DNA of 64,000 nt from NCBI GenBank assembly GCA_964016885.1, contig OZ024742.1, positions 270,196,001 to 270,260,000 of the forward strand, in the 5' to 3' direction. The position numbers and the translations under genes are program-made. Each line of letters begins with the position of its first letter. Position 1 is the stretch's first letter. Below are positions 1 through 16,809 of this stretch, piece after piece. The DNA is from Eledone cirrhosa (taxonomy: Eukaryota). Below the pieces are notes generated by a model that searched no databases, was not told where the DNA came from, and worked only from the letters and a program-made list of their open reading frames with translations.

Positions 1-137
1 ATATATTCAATTCTCGCATCTTTGAGGGCTTTGTGATTGCCTGGAATAGTGCATGCTGTACTGCAGCTTCAAATTAGGATTCACAACTAATACACACACA
101 TATGCAGACGCATATATATATATATATATACATATAT

Positions 138-231
<94 letters not shown>

Positions 232-1199
232 ATATATTAGAAAATATATAGTATTGACGTACATGTACGTCAATACTCATCTTTTTCCATTTATCTGAGG
301 GTTCTAAACCCCGTTATCAAGCTAAAATTCCTTCAGTCAAAAATACGGTGAAAGCTATATATTTTCTAATTTCAAACTCGCTCACTGTTTCAAAACATAC
401 TTACTTGATATATATATATATATATAAAGAGAGAGAGAGAGAGCTGCAAGTGGTGCAAATATATGCAGATATCTAAATATATTGTTTATTCAATACTTTA
501 ATGTGCTGTCAATACTCACTTATAATTTCATTCGTTATTTATTTACATTTTGCAATCATATAAGAGGCATCATGCATTCCGGTAAAAGTTGCTAACAAAA
601 TGAAAAATCAATAATATACATAAAGAAATCTTCCTTATAATACTTTTATCTTACTTTATTTAAATATTACACTTTTTGAAGAAACGATAATCAAATATCT
701 ACATTCGGTCTTGTACCCAAGTGTATTCATGAATATATATACCCAAGTATAATGGTTTGGATATACACAAAATTATTGTTATTCGTATGTACTAAGCAGA
801 TTATAACTAACATTATTTATGAAAAAAAGAAAACGTACGAAGACTGAATATTCCAAATGTTTAACATGTTCGCACGTTCATTCATGAAATTGTGAGGAAC
901 GTACTATGTGGAATTATTTAAAAACATAAGCTATATTCCTTATAGAGATTTGGATATGTACTGCCCGAAGTATTTTTTTTATATATTTCGATTTATTTTC
1001 TTTATATATAGGTTTTAAATGCCTTCAATATCGCGATATCATCCTGGTCAATTAGGAGAAAACGAATTTCTCCAGGCATACAAATATATACACGCATACG
1101 TATACACACAAGCATACACACACACATGAATACACACTTATCAAGTTGACCATATAAGTATTCTGGTTAAGATTGTGAATATTTGAAGATTATTCCAAT

Positions 1200-2067
1200 A
1201 TCCAAGGTCATCAATGGAGTGGGTGGCCGGACATATCTTCAACCAAATCAACTAGATGTTCTTTAATGGGTGGAAAGGAAAAACATGCAGCTGAACGCGG
1301 ATTAATTTGAGTTAATCCACTTTGGAAAAGAGAATCCACTGAAACTCCCATACACCCTTCCTTCGGGTGAAACTCTCATGACATCCAACAACATCAGGGA
1401 CTTGGGAGTAATTGTGGACAACATAAGCTAGGCCACTCATATAAACAGCAGAATTTATATGGCCCACATAATGTGTCCCTGGATTCTCAGAAATTCTCTT
1501 CTTCACTTTTGCCCGACCCTACCTTGAATATTGTTTTCCAACGTGATCTCCCCACACAAAACAAAGTATCATAGGAATTGATGCACCTCAGAGGTCAATA
1601 ACGAAAACGATAGATGGCATGACAGGCATTGCCTATTCGGGTCGACTAGTAAAGATCAAACTTTATAATCTCTAACTGTGCCGTTTGTACTATATGATCT
1701 GCATGATGTGTAAAATATTCCATCTTGCGCCCCGTGCTATCCGCCCACAGAAAAAATCAAACTCACCTCTCATAATAACAATACGGCACAATTATTTCAT
1801 CTCAATTGGACCCACTTTCTTTAAAATTACACCAAAACCGTAAAACGGAAACAGAACCCATAAAGTTCAAGTACACGTTGTACAAATTGTTTCAGGAAAT
1901 CCCGGATAGATCACCTACACCCGGATATGTCTCCGTAAACTCTCCGTAAACTCTCCGTAAACTCTCTTCTTGAGTGGGCCATGGTGTTCAAATCCAGGCT
2001 TGAAAGAGTTCACCAGCTAGTGGTGTTAAGTAAGAAATTGCCTGGCTGAATGTTACGATAAATTAAC

Positions 2068-2070
<3 letters not shown>
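1200..2070 (+). mobile_element. CR1/L2-type LINE 3' remnant (RT C-terminus, pseudogenised)
   Basis: Manual translation gives WVERKNMQLNAD*FELIHFGK, IRDLGVIVDN and RPYLEYCFPT*SPH, typical CR1-group RT motifs with stops; ends at (TA)n. Confidence 0.75.
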
Positions 2071-2109
<39 letters not shown>

Positions 2110-2112
<3 letters not shown>

Positions 2113-2715
2113 AACTACATAAACGGAGAAGCTATTAGCGATACACCAACCAATTTCCAACTCACTCAACAGACATTAGGAAATACCGGAGTATATTCCC
2201 AATTAAACGTTTGGAGTGCTAACTGTATTGCATTGTGTGGATAATTGGCTGTATTATGTTTTATGAGATATATTAAAGATCTCATTTCCCAAACGAATCA
2301 TTTTATTATAGGATTTCTACATGGTGGGTGAAATTATACCAAGTTATGTAGAAACTTCTGTAAGAGCAATGGATTCACATGAAATGTGCTCTTACAAATC
2401 TTCAGTGGGTGCCCAATAATATTAATATTAATAACTAAATCAACATCAATATTTAGCGATAATCACCACCAGTGCTAGAAGGAGCTGTTAAGTTGTAAGT
2501 CATGCAGTTCGAAAGAAAATCTCACACTGTCCCCAAAATGGGAGGAGGAGGCTACCGTGAAAAATAATATACAGGCAGGTCATTGAACTCTGACAAGAAT
2601 TCAAGCCTCGTGCAAGTAACTCAATTTGATATGAAAAAATAAATATATGTGTGTACTGTTTAAGGACACAGAGATATTTTCTGAGGCAAAATAACAGATA
2701 TGAGATACAGGATCA

Positions 2716-2720
<5 letters not shown>
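2110..2720. repeat. Interspersed non-coding repeat, second copy at ~42500-43150
   Basis: Shared blocks ctcactcaaca.acattagg, gtgctaact, ttttatgagatat, ttatgtagaa, aaatcttcagtgg, aactcaatt and gagatattttct in the same order; both copies abut (TA)n. Confidence 0.65.
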
Positions 2721-2772
<52 letters not shown>

Positions 2773-2779
2773 ATGTATG

Positions 2780-5700
2780 TTCTTCTGGTTTTATAATTTA
2801 CAAAGTTTTACCAATAGAGAGAGAGTCGGTTTCTAACATAGACACAAGCCTCTCTCATTGGAATTTACACAACATCAACTAGGTAGATATGTATGTATGC
2901 ATGCATGTGTAGATATGGCTGTTATTGTATGTGTGGATGTGGATGTTTTGAGTTGTATGTGGGCATGTGTATATGCTTTGTATCTGTACATGTGTATATA
3001 GAGTTATTGGATGCAACCTTTTTTTAATGTTTTACATATTTTACTGTTCCATTAATGGATTGGACTTGTAGTTTCCTAACTGGTTGTGTTCTTTCTGTTC
3101 CTGTGAAGCCTAGCTTCTCAAGATTTGTATTGAGGCAGTTACTAACACATCCCAGTGCCCCAATAATCACAGGCATAAATCTGAAGATGTAATCAGGGTG
3201 GAGTATCTGCAGATTTCTCATCAGTTCTGCATAAATATTCTCCTTTTCACTAATCTTTGATATTTTATTGGCATCTGCTGGGCAGCTAATTTCCACTACT
3301 GTGCATGTTTTCTTCTCCCTGTCCCATATCATAATACCTGCTCTGTTATGCCTGCATTTTATTGGGGTTTTTACTGAAACATTCCACCAGTAGTCTTTCA
3401 TATTATGTACATGGATGTCTTCCACATTGTTGTAGCTTTTAATGTGTTTATTTTCTTTTATTACGAACTGCATTGTACAGTGTTTTGGCCACTACATCTT
3501 GCCTCACAGGTAGATAGTACCGCGATGATATCTTTCGACAGCTACTGATGACATGGGTCATATCCTCGATGTTAGTTCTGCAGAGTCTGCACTTGTTATC
3601 ACATCTAGGTGTTTTGCCTGCATCCCTATCTCTTTTGTGAATCAGGTATTTCGTGCTAATCTCCTGTTCTTGGATTGCAAAAGCGTATCCTTAAAAGTGG
3701 GAGCCAATATAGCGGTTGTTGGTCCAAGATAGACTACTTTCCTTATCTATATTACTCTCACTCTGGAGCTTCCTGGCAACATATCCATGCATGATTTTTT
3801 GCTGATAGGCATGCAGTTTTTCATCCATGTATTCACCGCGATACTGCTGAGCGAAACCCCTGGGTGTGAGTTTTTGATTATCACACAGCGAATATCTCTC
3901 AAGGAGTTCCTTCCCAACTCTCATGATCTTATCTGTTTCATGCAGATAGACTTGCTCGAGAAGCGGGCTCCTACGCTTCGAGGTTCGTAGATGTTGTCGG
4001 AGAGATATGATGCGATATTCAAATGTTGTCTGGACTAATGTTAGGCCTCTGCCTCCCTGCTTACGTTTCAAGTAAAGGCGGTCTATGTCACTGTTGATGT
4101 GGAGGTTTCCGGTGTTGTTCAGTATTTTTCGAGTTCCAACATCAACTGATCGGATTTCGTATATCGTCCAATTGAGTATTCCAAATGTTGGTGTTAGGAC
4201 AGGCACAGCAAAAACATTGTGAGCCACTGTTTCGTTTTGCGCAGAGAGTTCCGATGACCAGATCTTTCTTAATCGGGCGTAGTATTCCCTGGTTACGCGT
4301 TCTTAATTACAGATACCATTATAGGATACGTTCCCATCTATCCCCAGGTATCTGTACCAGTTCTCATCAGATATCAGTGAAACAGTTAGACCATTGATGA
4401 CAATGTTGCTAGATTGGGTTGTTGTTTTTCCCCGCTTTACAGTCATGTATGAGCATTTATCTTGACCAAACTCCATTCCTATATCCTTTGAGAACGTTAT
4501 AACCAGGCCAAGATTTTTCTTCATCCCATTCATGTTCTTGTCATAGAGTTTCAGATCGTCCACAAAGAAGTTATGGGTTAGGTTCGTATTTCTGTCCTCC
4601 TGTGAGCCAATGATGTATCCCTCACATTTCTTGAGCAGAAAGGACAAGGGGTTTAATGACAAGATGAACAATATCACAGAGAGACTGTCCCCCTGAAATA
4701 TACCCCTGCAATATTTTATTTTATCAGTGAAAATAGAGTCCTCCCTCTCTGTCTTTAACCTTAGGATAGTAGCCCAAGAAGAAGACAGCCTCTCTATGGC
4801 TCTGACAATAATGGGACTTTAGCAAGTTGGAGGGCCTCTATCATCCAAGAGTGGGGAACAGAATCGAAAGCTTTCTTGTAGTCTAGCCAGACTGTAGTCA
4901 TATTCCTCCTAAGTTGTCGCACATCCGACATCGCAGTTTTGTTGATTACGAGTTGTTCAGCACATCCCCAAACCCTTTTCTTTCCAGTTGCTTGTTCATC
5001 TGTGATGATGGTATTATGTTCACAGTGATCTTGGAGGAATAGGTTCAGGCATGCTGTATACATCTTATACATCAGGTTCTGGCATGCAATGGGTCGGTAG
5101 TTTTTTGCCAAGTGGATGTCTTTGTTCTTGGGGTCCAGTAACGTTTGTGCTAATGTCAACCATTCTGGTATAAGTGTATATCCCTTAAGAACTTGATGGT
5201 AGAGGTCAGTAAGATACCTCCGATAGAATATTAGTTTTTTGTACCAGTAGCCGACACCCATGTCTCTTCTTGGCCTTTTTCTTATCTTGGAGATTTCCTA
5301 TCACAGTCTCAAGGGTACCCTCACTTATTTCGTATGTTTTTGTTGTAGTGTAGGAGCAATAGTTCTTTCGGATTTCTCTTAGCCAAACTGCATCTTGGTT
5401 GAAATTCTTCTTTTCTTCCAATATTTTTCTCCAAAAGGAATCTATGTTTTTCTGGGATGGGGCCTCAGTGACACTTATTATTTTGCCCTTCACATCTCTA
5501 TAGACTGATGTTTGGTTTCGTCTGAATCTTTTATTAAGCATTTTTCTCTCATCTACCTTCCTCAGGTATCGGCGTTTTTCGCTAACAGCTCTCAATTCTT
5601 GTTTGAGGGTGATCAGCTTATATTGGAGAGTTCTGGTTCGACTGTTACCAAACATCGCCTTTATTTTATTTTTCACTCTTTGTTGGTGAGGAGTGAGGTT

Positions 5701-6870
5701 TTTTTGTGTTTGTTTGCATGTAAGGAGCATTGTCACATGTGCTATGTTTTTTCCGTAGGTCAGCACTCTTTTTTTCTATTTTATTATATATGATGGTATT
5801 TATGGTGGTGTTTTGTTCTTGTTAATATCTCTGCTATCACCAAGATAATACTTCACTGTCGTTGCTAAGGCTTATAAACAGGCGTTGATTTGCCAACTGT
5901 TGGGGTTTTTATCCGTCGTAAATATTCATCCCCTATTTCGTCAATGACACGTAGTATTTCATTATTTGGTTTTTTATTCACCATTGTCATTTTAACACGT
6001 TCAGCCAGAGATATATTTATACATGATTTAATTTCTCTCTGAAGATTTCGTTGAGGGAAATTTTCAATTGTTTATAATTTTGATTATCATTATCGATAGT
6101 ATTTTCCACAAGAGTCGAGGTAGACTCGGATGGTATACGTGGTGTCACATTTATTCGATTATTATTATTATTTCTTCGATCATTATTATTATCGATAGTG
6201 TTTTCTCCAGCATTCGAGGCAGACTTAGATGGTACAGGTGGTGTCAAGTTTCTTACAGGCATAGTTGTTTCAAGGTGCTGTTCGACCTGGCTGCTAGGAA
6301 GTCTAGTAGTATGGCGATCTGTAGCACGTGTTGTTTATTCCATGTTTGTTGTGGGGGACTTACAATTAATAATATTTATCTTATTTTTACGTTTAACAAA
6401 CGTCGCTCGTAGCCGTAATTGTTTCGCTGTGAAGTAATTTAGCTCTGAGTGCATTTCGTCCCAGTATAGCTTCATTCTATTCAAATAGCCAATAGAGGGA
6501 TTGTTTTTTGCCATTTTATAACAATTAAATAAATCATTATTAAGTTTGCAACTCCAAGAGAAAAGCGATTGATAATTTCGGTTTCTTCTGTAGCTACAAC
6601 TGAATAAAGTTTGATTACCTTCTTTGTTATTTGTCTTCGATACTTCCTTAATTTGTTTGTTGATGTATTCAGCTATGCTGTTTGTAGAATGAATTATGTG
6701 TTTAGTCGGATATCTCTATGAATTCGAATAAAAGATGTCTTCAGAAGGGATAGTTAGAAGAATAACCAGTTATTCAACCTGGCCGTAGTTGTGGCATTAC
6801 TGTCGGAGATAGTATTCATCTTAAATTTAATAAATAGTCTCCCACGCCAAAATATGCGACTGATCGCGTT
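2780..6870 (-). mobile_element. R4/Dong-like (RLE clade) non-LTR retrotransposon, near full length, frameshifted
   Basis: ORF fragments 3024-5766: YRPIACQNLMYK, WLDYKKAFDSVPH, QGDSLS, FVDDLKLY, YRYLG; CCHC knuckle (CRLC..TH...C ~3540-3595); REL motif HNRAGIMIWD..VVEISCP; flanked by (CATA)n-type repeats. Confidence 0.9.
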
Positions 6871-7002
6871 GACTGACTGACTGACTGACTGACTGATGTA
6901 TGTATGTATGTATGTATGTATGTATGTATGTATGTATGTATGTATGTATGTATGTATGTATGTATGTATGTATGTATGTATGTATGTATGTATGTATGTA
7001 TG
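6870..7002. repeat. (GACT)n(TATG)n microsatellite
   Basis: Directly visible. Confidence 0.95.
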
Positions 7003-7389
7003 CTTGCTTGCTTCTCTGTAATGTAATAAAGCCACACGGACACATACTTTGAAAGGAAGTTGCCCCTGGAATGAGAATTCAAATGGAATAAAACATGTTT
7101 CGCGTATATCGAAGCACGGGTTCCCGAGATATGGAATTTTCTGGGTAACTTCATAAACACAGAGAGAGAGAAGAAGAAGAATAGAGAGAAAGCGATATTG
7201 GGTGTGAGAGAGCAGTGTGAAAGGGAGACATAGAGAGATGGAGATGAGACAGAGAAGGAGAATGGAAGAGAGAAACAGAGATTGTGGTGTTGTGTATATA
7301 TATGTGAGTGAGTGTGTGTGTGTCCATGACCAGTGTATATAGATCAGAGACATCCACATATAAATATACACCAACCCCCACACAAACAC

Positions 7390-7442
<53 letters not shown>

Positions 7443-7492
7443 GATATAGATAGGTAAATATACACGGGTGTGTATGATTGTGTATAGAAGAT

Positions 7493-7885
7493 TATATTAA
7501 TAAGAGGAATTCCAACTTTGTCTGATTTACTCGTTTTATTTACAATCCTTTAAAATATATATATAATATGGTATTATAATGAAATAGTATGATAGAATAT
7601 TAAATTCTAAGTGTTAATTGAACAAGTACTTTCATGCTTTTGCAATCTTCAGGTTCATGATATGTGGTGACAGTCGAGTTTGCAATTTTCAACTGTTGAA
7701 AATTGCAAACTCGACTGTCACCACATATCATGAACCTGAAGATTGCGAAAGCATGAAAGTACTTGTTCAATTAACACTTAGAATTTAATATTCTATCATA
7801 CTATTTCATTATAATACCATATTATATATATTTTAAAGGATTGTAAATAAAACGAGTAAATCAGACAAAGTTGGAATTCCTCTTA

Positions 7886-7893
<8 letters not shown>
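7493..7893. mobile_element. ~200-bp-arm near-perfect palindrome, PLE pLTR-like, with an HHR in each arm
   Basis: Arms mirror around T7694 (ttttcaac-t-gttgaaaa); right end runs into (TA)n. Confidence 0.85.
7731..7769 (+). ncRNA. Minimal type I hammerhead ribozyme (mirror copy 7619-7657, minus strand)
   Basis: tgaac-CTGAAGA-t-tgc gaaa gca-t-GAAA-gtac-TT-gttca; palindromic stem III AGTACT. Confidence 0.8.
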
Positions 7894-7931
<38 letters not shown>

Positions 7932-8190
7932 TACAACCACATACATTGATATATATACATACACGCAAGTATATATATGGGCCTTCCAGTTTCATTTTAC
8001 GTTATATACATGTCTGTGTATATTTTAATTATTTAAACATTATTTTTAAGTAAACATGGTTTTAAGATATCTTGAAGTGAACGTGACTCAACGGGTCATG
8101 GGTGCTCTAGTATATTATATAAAATTCGTGCAATTATTTCGAGTGTAATTATGCAATTTAACACACATACACATAGACATTATAGGTATG

Positions 8191-8222
<32 letters not shown>

Positions 8223-8225
8223 TAT

Positions 8226-8552
8226 AAATAACGGCGATGAATTAGTTTTGCGAGGTTTTGATATGAAATCGTGTGTCGAAACAAATATTGTTATACTTGG
8301 GGAGGGTCATATTTGTGTAATATTTCCAGAATTAATAACAGAACACACTCACTGTTTGGTTGGTTTTCGTCTACATTGTATCTGTATTATTTTTGACCGT
8401 TGGTCAGTCAATGGCAACATTGAGGACCGACTAAATTAGATTACCGATATAAAAGACACAGAAGCGAAAAGCGAAAACCAACCAAACAGTGAGTGTGTTC
8501 TGTTATTAATTCTGGCAATATTACACAAATATGACCCTCCCCAAGTATAACA

Positions 8553-8554
<2 letters not shown>
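8226..8554. mobile_element. Short inverted-arm derivative of the PLE family at 13178-15830
   Basis: Arms ~8285-8370 and ~8470-8554 are reverse complements; left arm has a ~60-nt extension; matches 13178-13330 and 15670-15830. Confidence 0.8.
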
Positions 8555-8616
<62 letters not shown>

Positions 8617-8973
8617 CCGCATGTGAAGTATGTAAGCATTTCACGGTAGTATATATTTAACACAGAGTGTATGCGCATGTTAACCTCCTTCATTGTAATC
8701 CATCGAGATTATATTAAAGAATACTCTTCAAAAACCTTGAAGCAACAAATCTTTAGATTGAGTAAATCATACTTGAAACTTCGGAATAATGACGGAACAA
8801 ATAACATGTATAATCAAATAAATAAATATATATATATAAACATGAATGACTAAAACGCCTAAGTAAAAACACCAAACTGGGAAGATATGATGCAAAGCTA
8901 AAAAGATAACTATAACTCAGTCATAAATTTCGTATTATATGCCTTAAGGAAACATTACAACACACACACACAC

Positions 8974-9063
<90 letters not shown>

Positions 9064-9092
9064 GCGCGCGCACGCACACACACACACACACA

Positions 9093-9135
<43 letters not shown>

Positions 9136-10879
9136 GTATATATATATAATAGTTCATTTGTTTCCCTGTTTGTTTGCTCGTCAATATGTGGCCATAATGG
9201 TTGTCGTGAGATATTGTATTGACTTCGACGGAATATGACGGAAAATAGTGATAATGAAGAAGTGAGGAAATGAGTGAAAGGCAGCAGACGTGAAATTAGA
9301 TAGTGCGTTGAAATCCAACAAAGGAACTAAGCAAGTAAGTTAAGATTACAGCAGCAAGGAGGAAAAACAGAAATACGGAAAGATAAGAAAATGTGCGACA
9401 TCCATTCAGCTGACACTAAAGCAAACACATCCTTGATTTAGTATTGTACGTGCCCAGCTCTTTTCTACACTAAAGAAGATATGACTAAATCATATGAACG
9501 ACACACGTGTAATCAACCTAAAGCAACAACACATGCCTGTTTTAATATCAAAACCTGCTCTCTCCTCTATTGATTTTAACATAATTTGTCATACATGCTT
9601 TATATGTTTTCTTTGTGTTTATATATGTCACATATATTTCATATTTATCCCGTGACCAAAAGGGAGCTCCATATCGTTTGAGAAAATCTTGTATTTTAAC
9701 GAACGCTAAACTAGGTAAAATCAGTGTAAGTCGTGATCATCTTTGGCAGTGGCTCTGTTGACGGCTCCACGTGAACAACGTTATTTTCCAAACATAAGTT
9801 TGAAAGCAGAGTCAAAGGAGCAGAGTTGCAGCTATATCCTGTCTACAAAATATCCATACTGTTTAAATACAGAACAATTCTCTGATATCCAAATGGCTAA
9901 AGGTTAACAAAAGGGCACCCAGTAGTCACGACATTTATAAGGCCTGGTCCTTTCAGAATATTAGGAGTTAAATATCGAAACACTTGCTTGAGAGGGCTTT
10001 CTTTTCTGTTCAGCTCTCGTAAGATTTCTTAATATTATCTTCTTTATAGTGTCCACATGTGTGTGTTTGGACGACCTTCTTCTATAGCTCCATGTCTATA
10101 TGTACGTGTATCAGCCCATCATTAAATGTTTGGTTCGTTATTTGATTTATGAAACACTACTAAACATAAAACTCGTGAAACGTTGAACACATTTGGGCAT
10201 ATTCATTTCAGTAAATATTTGATTGTTTTTTTTTTAACAACATTGAAATGTTTGCAGTGTGTCCTCATTCAATGAAATTTGACTCAACGTAGATCCATCA
10301 TTAACAGAAAAAAAATGAAGGTTCCTCTTAATTTATAGATGATAATGACATTTCAAGCTGCAAGAAACATATACCATTTATTAGAAACTCTTATAAACAT
10401 GCGGCAACACAGCCACAAAGCGAGGATGAAAGTGATGAGCAGCGACAAGAAAGAACCCTCACCCCGAATAAAAGTGAAATATAGGTAAATTGAACCAGAA
10501 GAACAAAGATAAAAATGATCGCAAATATTCGTCGAGAGAAATTTGATGTACGAAACTACAGCACAAAACAATGGATTAAGAAGATGCACACAGATCATCA
10601 AGGCTTCAACATCAACAAATAAAATTTGCACCGCATAGACACGATGAATCAGAAGAACAGTGATGGAAATTGCTTGCTGTAGATAAGGCAATGATGTCAC
10701 TATTCGCTAAGAGGAATAAGAAGTATGGAAATCTAGACAGCAAATGCAATGAAATAGAGCTGCTCAAAGGTGGCATGTAGAAACTGAAGCTACTCAAAGG
10801 CTATATGAGTATAGAGCAAGAACAGAATTTGTTTAATTATTTCCCAGTGAAGCGTTTCTATTTCAGTTACACCCAACAT

Positions 10880-11290
10880 CAATACTATGACTCGGAACAT
10901 TTAATTCCAATGTCCAAATGGTGGTGCTAAAGAAATGTAATGCAGGTCAACTGGTTTGTGCTGTTTGAATGGAAAGATTACATTTAAACTATTACCTGAA
11001 CCATCAGAACCTTTGTGTGGGACTGCTGATTTGAATAAGTACTGAATTAATACATTTTCTCCAAAAGATCCAGAAGCACGATAATGATATCATTTGGTGC
11101 AAATGTCATACATGAAGGTGGTATAAAGCCCACTTTCAATATCCAATGGCACGTATACCATAGAATTAGACCACTTCAACCACATTCAGAAGAATGATCA
11201 ATATATTTACAACTGAATTTCATCAGTTATATGAAAACCCAAGCACAGACAGTATATGAAAGAAATAAAGAAACACATATGAAATCATAA
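10880..11290 (+). pseudogene. Helitron RepHel N-terminal remnant
   Basis: Manual translation gives CCLNGKITFKLLPEPSEPL, HFLQKIQK, SFGANV and EGGIKPTFNIQWHVYHRI, with frameshifts. Confidence 0.7.
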
Positions 11291-11312
11291 ACTAGGCTCC
11301 TGCCATGCTAAT

Positions 11313-11470
11313 ACTGCTGGGTTAGTTCGGATCTAGCGGTCGAAACGGTCGGAGGTCAGCCGTCGGGGTCCTGATTCTTGTCCTATTACCCACTCTACTA
11401 CCCAAGCACCGAGTACCCTAGTGCGTTATGGTTCACCTGGTTTCTTATCACACTGTCATGGTTCTCTTCG
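11313..11470 (+). repeat. Terminal fragment of the family at 17358-17550 and 40657-40740
   Basis: cctattacccactctactaccc...gtgcgttatggttcacctggtttctta is the reverse complement of 17370-17445; ends in (TA)n. Confidence 0.7.
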
Positions 11471-11496
<26 letters not shown>

Positions 11497-11501
<5 letters not shown>

Positions 11502-12543
11502 TGTAACAGGTAAATTGGGACGATTTTCAAATTGGTATATTTCTAATTGTATAGCTTTTCTTGGAATTTGAATTTTAAGAAATGTCAGTATGTTCAGAAT
11601 AAACCTCACGTTCATTGCATTGACCAAAAACGCACATCTCATTTCTTAGCAGGACTTAAAAGGCCGATTGAGTCAAAGCCATCAAAACCGATGTCGAAGT
11701 TGGCTCAAGATCGATGAATCAGTAAAATGAGTGATTCTAGGGCTGTGAGACAGGACATCCGCATAAACATAACATTCGAGCTGAAAGAAGTTCCAAACTA
11801 ATTAGTAATCCGGAACGTCGTGGTGGTGACGGCCACGTCTTCATGGATGTAGAGAAATTCCTGTTAGACGAAGTTGCAAACCATAAAAACTCATGAATGA
11901 TAGCATACGGCCCAGTTCAAATTCCTTCAGCTGTGTATAGCAAGCATCCGGCTACCATTAAGGGTTTTGGAGAGGCTGTAACTGATGTACAATTGATGGC
12001 GCCTCATTTTATTGAAGCGGGTCTTAAAATTAACACAGCAGCGTATTTCAAAATCTGAGATTTTAACCTGGTATTGGGAGTAATTATGAAGCAATCGAAT
12101 CATATTTGTACTGGACACAGCACCCGCCCATTCTTTGAAAAGAGTGCAATAATCTTTGAAGAAGGAATTGCTCATGTGTGTCCCTAAAGATAACTAGCCC
12201 TCAGGCTCGCCAGATTTGAATCTGTGCGATGTTTGGCTATGGAGTGCAGTAAAAGCAATACCCACAACAAATTCTCACAAATGTGTATATTCACTGAAGA
12301 CCTCGATCAAGCGAACATTCGGTAAAATGAAAAAGAAAGAAATAATTTAGGCAGACGCATCATTTGGTAAACAGATTGAACATGTAAAAAAGCAAAATTG
12401 GTAGTATTAAGCTGAAATCAATGTTAAATACCCAACAATAATTTGTCATAAGGCATAAACATAAAATTGGCACTGTTTGATTCACCCGAGATATATAAAT
12501 TATATAATAGATATGTAAACGGTCCCAATTTACCTGTTGCACC

Positions 12544-12546
<3 letters not shown>
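11497..12546 (+). mobile_element. Tc1/mariner DD37D (maT-type) transposon, defective
   Basis: Imperfect TIRs (tagtgtgtaacaggtaaattgggac / gtcccaatttacctgttgcaccctg) with TA flanks; D-TAPAH...SPDLNLC-D with 37 codons between the Ds (~12114-12230), including stops. Confidence 0.85.
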
Positions 12547-12584
<38 letters not shown>

Positions 12585-12587
<3 letters not shown>

Positions 12588-12925
12588 TGGTAACGACAGA
12601 GGTAAGGTACTCAATACAGAGCAGGGTATAACAATTTAATATAGATAAGGCTTCAACATGTCTAGGACTGTTTCATTTGTGAGAACACATCAGGAAGCCG
12701 ACTGTCCAAGTCATATGGGCTATCTATATATTTAAAGGTGGTAGGAGAGGGTAGTGATTGGGATGGGTGGAGGTCATTAGTTGATGGGTTTAAAGAAAAG
12801 GGAATTCTTTAAAAACTATATTTAGAGAAGGGAACGCAGAAATATTTCCATAGACAGTTCACACTGGGTTTGCCACTCCTGATTTTTAAGGTTCATTTAA
12901 TCTAACAATGGATATGGTCAGGTGT
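12585..12925 (-). mobile_element. PLE 3' end fragment with HHR-like motif (12649-12699)
   Basis: Minus strand ggcttc-CTGATGT-..-GAAA-ca gtc cta gac a tg-TT-gaagcc; weak GIY-YIG tail similarity upstream. Confidence 0.55.
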
Positions 12926-13066
12926 CTACAAACACACTCACACACGCACACATATAAACACACACTCCCACCACATTCACACAAACACACACTCTTATAC
13001 TTATATACATATATATATACATATACATATGCATACACACACACATGTACATGTATATGTATATGT

Positions 13067-15830
<2,764 letters not shown>

Positions 15831-15849
15831 TATATATATATGTATATAA

Positions 15850-16809
15850 AAAATTAAGATAAATTAAATTAAATTAACTTAAATTAAATTAAGAGTGTCA
15901 TGCCGGATAGACATGCGCCATATCACCCGTAAAATATGCTCCAAGATTCTAATGAATAGATCCGAGCATTTTATGTCAACTAGAAATTGATTGACATATA
16001 AATAAACATGAAACAATCACAGGGGATAATTTGTAAATGTGTGTAAGCACACATAGCTAGGTAGGTAACTAAATAAAGTTTAACTAGAGCTTCAAAAATA
16101 GATACCTTATGAAATATATTTCGTTAAACTTTATTTAGTTACATACCTACCTACGTGTTCTTACACACTTTTACAAATTATCCCCTGCGATTGTTTCATA
16201 TGTTTATTTATATCTCAATCAATTTCTAGTTGATATAAAATGCTCGGATCTAGTTGATATAAAATGCTCATTAGAATCTTGCAGCATATTTTACGGGTGA
16301 TATGGCGCATGTCGATCCGGCATGACACCCTTAATTTAATTTAATTTGATTTAAATTATCTTAATTTTGGATATATATAAATAAATACGGCCCCTTAATT
16401 GTAGAGCTAACTCAGTTGAAAGGACTTGACTGGTGTTTCTAGTTGTCGATAACCCTATTCACGCCACCGGGACGAAGCTGGTATGATGTGTGTATTTTTA
16501 GTAAATACAGCACGTGTTACTTGCCAGTCGCTGATTTGAATTTGATGCGTAAATACAGATGGTTGGACCTCTTCCTTGTTGAAAATCCAGGATCTAGCTA
16601 CTGTCGTTTACCAATCGATTAATTGGTGAAATATATTTCTTTAATGGAATATATACAAGGAAGATTAATCATTTTTTAAGCTATCTATTTTTGAAGATCT
16701 AGTTAAAATTTATTTAGTTACCTACCTATCTATGTGTGCTTACACACTTTTACAAATTATCCCCTGTGATTGTTTCATATGTTTATTTATATGTCAATCA
16801 ATTTCTAGT

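Noticed and set aside
2330-2415. CTGAAGA plus hairpin on the minus strand (also ~42750-42810)
   Set aside because: No convincing GAAA/stem III/stem I closure
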